A stretch of 28,731 nt of DNA from a virus. Its lineage: Duplodnaviria > Caudoviricetes. The stretch spans positions 1-28,731 of IMG/VR virus record IMGVR_UViG_3300023283_000088, one strand, 5' to 3'. The notes under the pieces are model-generated. The model saw only the letters and a program-made list of their open reading frames with translations, ran no database searches and had not been told where the DNA came from. The translations under genes and the position numbers were made by a program. This document shows, in pieces, positions 25,039-28,731 of the stretch. Position 1 is the first letter of the stretch; every line of letters starts with the position of its first letter.

Positions 25039-25427
25039 AAACCGCCCCCCGAGAAGTTGTCGAGCCCGTCGAGGCCAAAGCCCAGGGCAGCGAAGAGCGC
25101 GTCTCGTGTCCGACGTGCGACAAGACGTTTCACGGCGGCATGATCGTCAGCGACTACGTCGGCATCGACCACACCACGCATCACTACCAGGCGGTGCGGC
25201 GGCTGTTCTGCGACCACTGCCGCAAGATCGTCACGTGGTTCGAGCGGGTCGAATCCCGGTGCCGCGACGAGGTCGATCTGAAGCTCACTGCCGGCAGGCG
25301 GCTGACGATGTCGGACTTCCGCACGACCGGCCACGTCCTGTACGGCCCGTACGACACGACCGGCCGGCAGAAGATCGAGCAGTTCCTCGCCGACCATCCC
25401 GAAGCCGCGGGGGTGTGCCAGTCATGA
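25032..25427 (+). CDS. hypothetical zinc-binding protein (CPTC...CDHC)
   Basis: ATG 25032 after GGAG; two CxxC pairs; overlaps both neighbours. Confidence 0.65.
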   Translation: MLKTAPREVVEPVEAKAQGSEERVSCPTCDKTFHGGMIVSDYVGIDHTTHHYQAVRRLFCDHCRKIVTWFERVESRCRDEVDLKLTAGRRLTMSDFRTTGHVLYGPYDTTGRQKIEQFLADHPEAAGVCQS

Positions 25428-25690
25428 GCGACACGATCACGACCGTAAACACCCGCCGGATCGGCAAGGTGCATCGCAATTACATCCGCCGCGAGCTGGC
25501 GGAGAGCAAACACACACGGCTGTGGTTTTTCAGCTTGCCGTTGCGTGACTGGCACCCCGCTCATCCGGGCACGCTGGCCCACGCGATCGGCCACGGCCTG
25601 GCGGTTTGTTTTTCAGACGACAAGCCCTGCCAGCGCATGGGCGAAGCCGAGACCTGGAAGCGCATCAACGCAGGAGTGCTGAACGCATGA
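25424..25690 (+). CDS. hypothetical protein (88 aa)
   Basis: ATGA overlaps at both ends; MSDTITTVNTRRIGKVHRNYIRREL... Confidence 0.65.
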   Translation: MSDTITTVNTRRIGKVHRNYIRRELAESKHTRLWFFSLPLRDWHPAHPGTLAHAIGHGLAVCFSDDKPCQRMGEAETWKRINAGVLNA

Positions 25691-25932
25691 AACTCTGTCG
25701 ATTCATCCGAGCGTTCGTGTGCGGCGCCATCCTGATGGGCCTCGTCTACCTGGCCGTCTGGTGGACGACGCAGACGATCCTCTCGCCGTTTATGGCGTGC
25801 CTCGCCGCCGTCCTGATCTTCACGCTGATCCAGTCGTGCACCTGCGACTGCAGCCGCTGCGAGGGCTGTCCACACCTCAAGCTCGGCCAGGGCGACTACG
25901 AGCGCGAACCCGACCTGCATCTGACACAATGA
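25687..25932 (+). CDS. small 2-TM membrane protein with a Cys cluster
   Basis: AGGAG RBS, ATGA overlaps; two hydrophobic segments then CTCDCSRCEGC. Confidence 0.65.
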   Translation: MKLCRFIRAFVCGAILMGLVYLAVWWTTQTILSPFMACLAAVLIFTLIQSCTCDCSRCEGCPHLKLGQGDYEREPDLHLTQ

Positions 25933-28115
25933 GCAACGCCGCCCGAAAACTCGACGCCTCCGCCGCCGTTCCGATCGACTGGTCGAGAATGGTGTCGATC
26001 GGTGAAGCCGCCGACAAGCTCGGCATCAGCTCCGGACAGATGAGACGTCGAGCGGCCGAGAAGCTGCAGCGGCAGGGCCTGGCGGTGTACGCCAATCCAC
26101 CCGGGGGCGGCACCCCGCGGTGGTTCATCGATCGGCGGTATGACCTCAAGCTGTCCGACCGCGTCGGCGAGCAGTACCAGGACACGGATATCAGTCAATA
26201 CTCCAAACGCCAGCGCGACGGCGCCCTGATGCGTGCGCGTTGCGTCGAGTTGTTCCGCCACGCCCGCAGCACGCAGCACGGCCGGCAGGCTGACTGGTTG
26301 CCGGGCTTTGTCCAGGACCTGCAGAATCGATTCGAGAATATCCGCATTTCCCAGCGATCGCTGCTCCGCTGGTATCAGCTTTACCAGACGCCCTCGGACA
26401 TTGTGAAGCTGATCGACTTCCGCGGCGGCGACCAAAAGAGCCAGGGCGATCCGGCCGCATGGAACCACTTCAAGCAGGTCTACCTGGACGAGCGCCAGCC
26501 ATCGATCAAGACCTGCTGGAAGCGGGTCAAAGAGTTCGCCCGAGTTGAGCAGGTGCAGTGGTGCAGCTACCACAGTTGTCGACGACAGCTCGACGACCGC
26601 ATCGATGTCGAGGTCCAGGTCAAGCACCGCGATCCCAAACGCTGGCGCAGCCAGTTCGCGCCGTACATCGAGCAGGACACCGAACGATTCGCCGCCGGTG
26701 AGTGCTGGGTCGGCGACCACCGGCCGCTCGACCTGCTGTGCCGCATCGGCGATCGCATCTTTCGGCCGTTCATCACCACCTGGCAGGACTGGCGCACGCG
26801 GAAGATCGTCGGCTGGACGATGTGTGAATCGCCGAACAGCTCGACGATTCTTGCGGCGCTGCGCAGCGGCATCCTCGACCCGTCGAACCGGGGCGGGCCG
26901 GGTGTGGTCTGGATCGACAACGGCAAAGACTACGACAGTTACACCTTCCACGGCCAGACCAAGCAGCAGCGCCGGCAGCAGGGCACGATCGAGCTCGACG
27001 AAGACGCCCACGCGGGCCTGTTCGGCCGGCTGAACATCGAGGCTCACTTCTCGGTCGCCTACAACCCGCAGGGCAAGGCCCGCATGGAACGCTGGTTCGC
27101 CACGGTCGGCGACCGTTTCGACAAGACCTTCCACACCTACACCGGCAAGGACACGGTCACCAAGCCCGAACAGTTGAAGGACCTGGTCAAGCAGGCGGAC
27201 AAGGTGCCGCAGTTCCACCACGTTCGCGATCGCTTCGCCGATTTTGTCGTCGGCTACAACCACGATGTGGATCATACGATCGACGACCTGGTCGACTCGG
27301 ACGGCACGCGTCTGGCCCCGGCCGATGCCATGGCCCGCTGGTGCGACGTCGAGCGGGTCATGGCCGATGCCGGCTCGCTCGACTTGCTGCTGATGCAGTA
27401 TCACAAACCGATCCGCGTCGGCCGCAACGGCATCACACTCTCCGTCGCCGGGGCACGCCTCAAATACGGCCAGTTCTCCGATCCGTTGCGCCGATTCAAA
27501 GGCACCAGGGAAGAAGTCCACGTCGGATACGACCCCGAGGACATGCGGCAGGTGCGTGTGTTCGATTCGCAATGGCGATTCGTGGCGGAGGTCGACATGA
27601 ACCAGCGTGGCGGGCGTCACGCGGATCCGCTCAACCGTGACCACGTCGCGGCCGTCGCCCGGCGCAAGAGCGCACACCGCCGCCGTCTCAAGCAGGTGCG
27701 CAAGGATCGCCAGGCAGAGTACCTCTCCGATCAGGAGCTGCTCGCCGACGAGGTCGCCAATACACCAAAGCCCACCGAGCCGACGGCGCACCCGACGCGT
27801 TTGAAGATCGTTCGGACGCCCGTCGATGGTCAATCGAAAGCCCTTGAAAAACACCGCCAGCGCAAAGCCGCCGGCGCCGAACATTACGAGGATGATCACG
27901 ACGACGATGACGACCTCGCCGGCATCGGCAGCCTGGCAAAGCTCGGCGGCAACGGCGGCGGTGATTTCGATGACGACGAACCTCTGAGCCTCGCGGACGC
28001 GGCGACGGTCGCCGACGACGACGAGGACGATATGGACATGGAAGTCCTGGACCTGCGCGACGATCACATCGACACGGACGATGACGATGACCCGCACATC
28101 CTGGACACCCTATGA
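25929..28115 (+). CDS. Mu-like DDE transposase (MuA-type)
   Basis: Start ATG 25929 (ATGA overlap); N-terminal HTH (ISIGEAADKLGIS-like VSIGEAADKLGISSGQMRR); catalytic motifs WVGDH, IDNGKDY, GKARMERWF; Mu C-terminal beta-barrel VGYDPEDM. Confidence 0.95.
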   Translation: MSNAARKLDASAAVPIDWSRMVSIGEAADKLGISSGQMRRRAAEKLQRQGLAVYANPPGGGTPRWFIDRRYDLKLSDRVGEQYQDTDISQYSKRQRDGALMRARCVELFRHARSTQHGRQADWLPGFVQDLQNRFENIRISQRSLLRWYQLYQTPSDIVKLIDFRGGDQKSQGDPAAWNHFKQVYLDERQPSIKTCWKRVKEFARVEQVQWCSYHSCRRQLDDRIDVEVQVKHRDPKRWRSQFAPYIEQDTERFAAGECWVGDHRPLDLLCRIGDRIFRPFITTWQDWRTRKIVGWTMCESPNSSTILAALRSGILDPSNRGGPGVVWIDNGKDYDSYTFHGQTKQQRRQQGTIELDEDAHAGLFGRLNIEAHFSVAYNPQGKARMERWFATVGDRFDKTFHTYTGKDTVTKPEQLKDLVKQADKVPQFHHVRDRFADFVVGYNHDVDHTIDDLVDSDGTRLAPADAMARWCDVERVMADAGSLDLLLMQYHKPIRVGRNGITLSVAGARLKYGQFSDPLRRFKGTREEVHVGYDPEDMRQVRVFDSQWRFVAEVDMNQRGGRHADPLNRDHVAAVARRKSAHRRRLKQVRKDRQAEYLSDQELLADEVANTPKPTEPTAHPTRLKIVRTPVDGQSKALEKHRQRKAAGAEHYEDDHDDDDDLAGIGSLAKLGGNGGGDFDDDEPLSLADAATVADDDEDDMDMEVLDLRDDHIDTDDDDDPHILDTL

Positions 28116-28731
28116 GCAACGAACGCGACATCCTGAACCAGTTGGCACAGGACGCCAGGAGGCTACGCGTGGCACGGAAGCTACCCAAGGGCAAGCTCAA
28201 TACGAAGACCATCGCCCAGGTCTGTGAAGATGCGCGGCTGTTCCGCGAGAAGCACGGCATGAGCCTGGAGGAAATGGCCCGCCGGCTCGGCAAAGGCTAC
28301 AGCACCTCGGTGCTGTCCAACGTGCTGCGGATCCAATCCCAGGACGATGTCGATAAGAAGTACTCCGGCGACGTCGACCGCGTGATCCGCGGGATCAATA
28401 ACTGGATGGAGCAGTTCGAGCGTGGCCAGGAAGCCCCGCGGCCGTCCGGCTTCGTCGAGACGCAGGTCGCCAAGCGCATCATCACGCTGATCCAGAACGT
28501 CGTCGAGCTGCGGTCGATGGGGCTGGTCTACGGCCCGGCCGGCGTCGGCAAGACGCTGACAATGAAGGCGGCGGCGACGATGCTGCCCGGCTCGATCTAC
28601 ATTCGCGTTCGTCAGTCGGCCCGCACCCCCTCGGGGCTCGCTCGCCGGCTGGCGAAGGTCCTCAAACTCGAGCGCTGTCGCACCACGCTGGACATCGAGG
28701 ATGCGTTGATCGGCAAGCTGTCGAACACCGA
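28112..28731 (+). CDS. MuB-like AAA+ transposition ATPase with N-terminal HTH (runs off the window)
   Basis: Read manually: ATG 28112 overlapping the transposase stop; HGMSLEEMARRLGKGYSTSVLS HTH, FVETQVAKRI, Walker A GPAGVGKT. Confidence 0.92.
   Translation, partial: MSNERDILNQLAQDARRLRVARKLPKGKLNTKTIAQVCEDARLFREKHGMSLEEMARRLGKGYSTSVLSNVLRIQSQDDVDKKYSGDVDRVIRGINNWMEQFERGQEAPRPSGFVETQVAKRIITLIQNVVELRSMGLVYGPAGVGKTLTMKAAATMLPGSIYIRVRQSARTPSGLARRLAKVLKLERCRTTLDIEDALIGKLSNT

Larger units (their letters stand above)
1..28731. mobile_element. Mu-like transposable prophage/phage, internal segment (both ends outside the window)
   Basis: MuA-like DDE transposase next to a MuB-like ATPase, Mu-type terminase region, and continuous head-neck-tail gene order with many 4-nt ATGA/GTGA overlaps; no host housekeeping context seen. 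Confidence 0.95.

Noticed and set aside
25896-28097. 733-aa minus-strand ORF opposite the transposase
   Set aside because: Antisense shadow of a GC-rich gene; V/R/L-rich composition with no motifs
1-28731. Mu-type ends, tRNA/rRNA genes and host taxonomic assignment
   Set aside because: Both edges fall inside phage ORFs, no structural RNA gene was recognised, and no host genes are present to support a taxon

Overview
The whole window is the interior of a GC-rich, Mu-like transposable (pro)phage with divergent arms; neither end is in view. The minus strand (about 20530 to 1) carries a Tad1-like anti-defence gene and an acyl carrier protein. These are followed by a holin, a lipoprotein and Mu gp25/26/27-like genes, a frameshifted Mu-type large terminase, a portal fused to a MuF domain, an HK97-type prohead protease fused to an XRE HTH, an HK97-fold capsid, neck genes and a short sheathless tail module. 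The plus strand (about 21700 to 28731) carries early genes: a CII-like regulator, a Lar-like protein, the MuA-like DDE transposase and a truncated MuB-like ATPase. The central 18.2-23.6 kb is the most unusual part. It holds a putative switch of two divergent, apparently leaderless ribbon-helix-helix genes and a candidate ~130-nt antisense RNA matching several early-operon sites. It also holds accessory genes placed antisense to their operon, each with its own promoter and overlaid by an open cover ORF on the operon strand; two of these form a tandem cassette array with conserved flanks. All family assignments come from motif recognition by eye, not from database searches.
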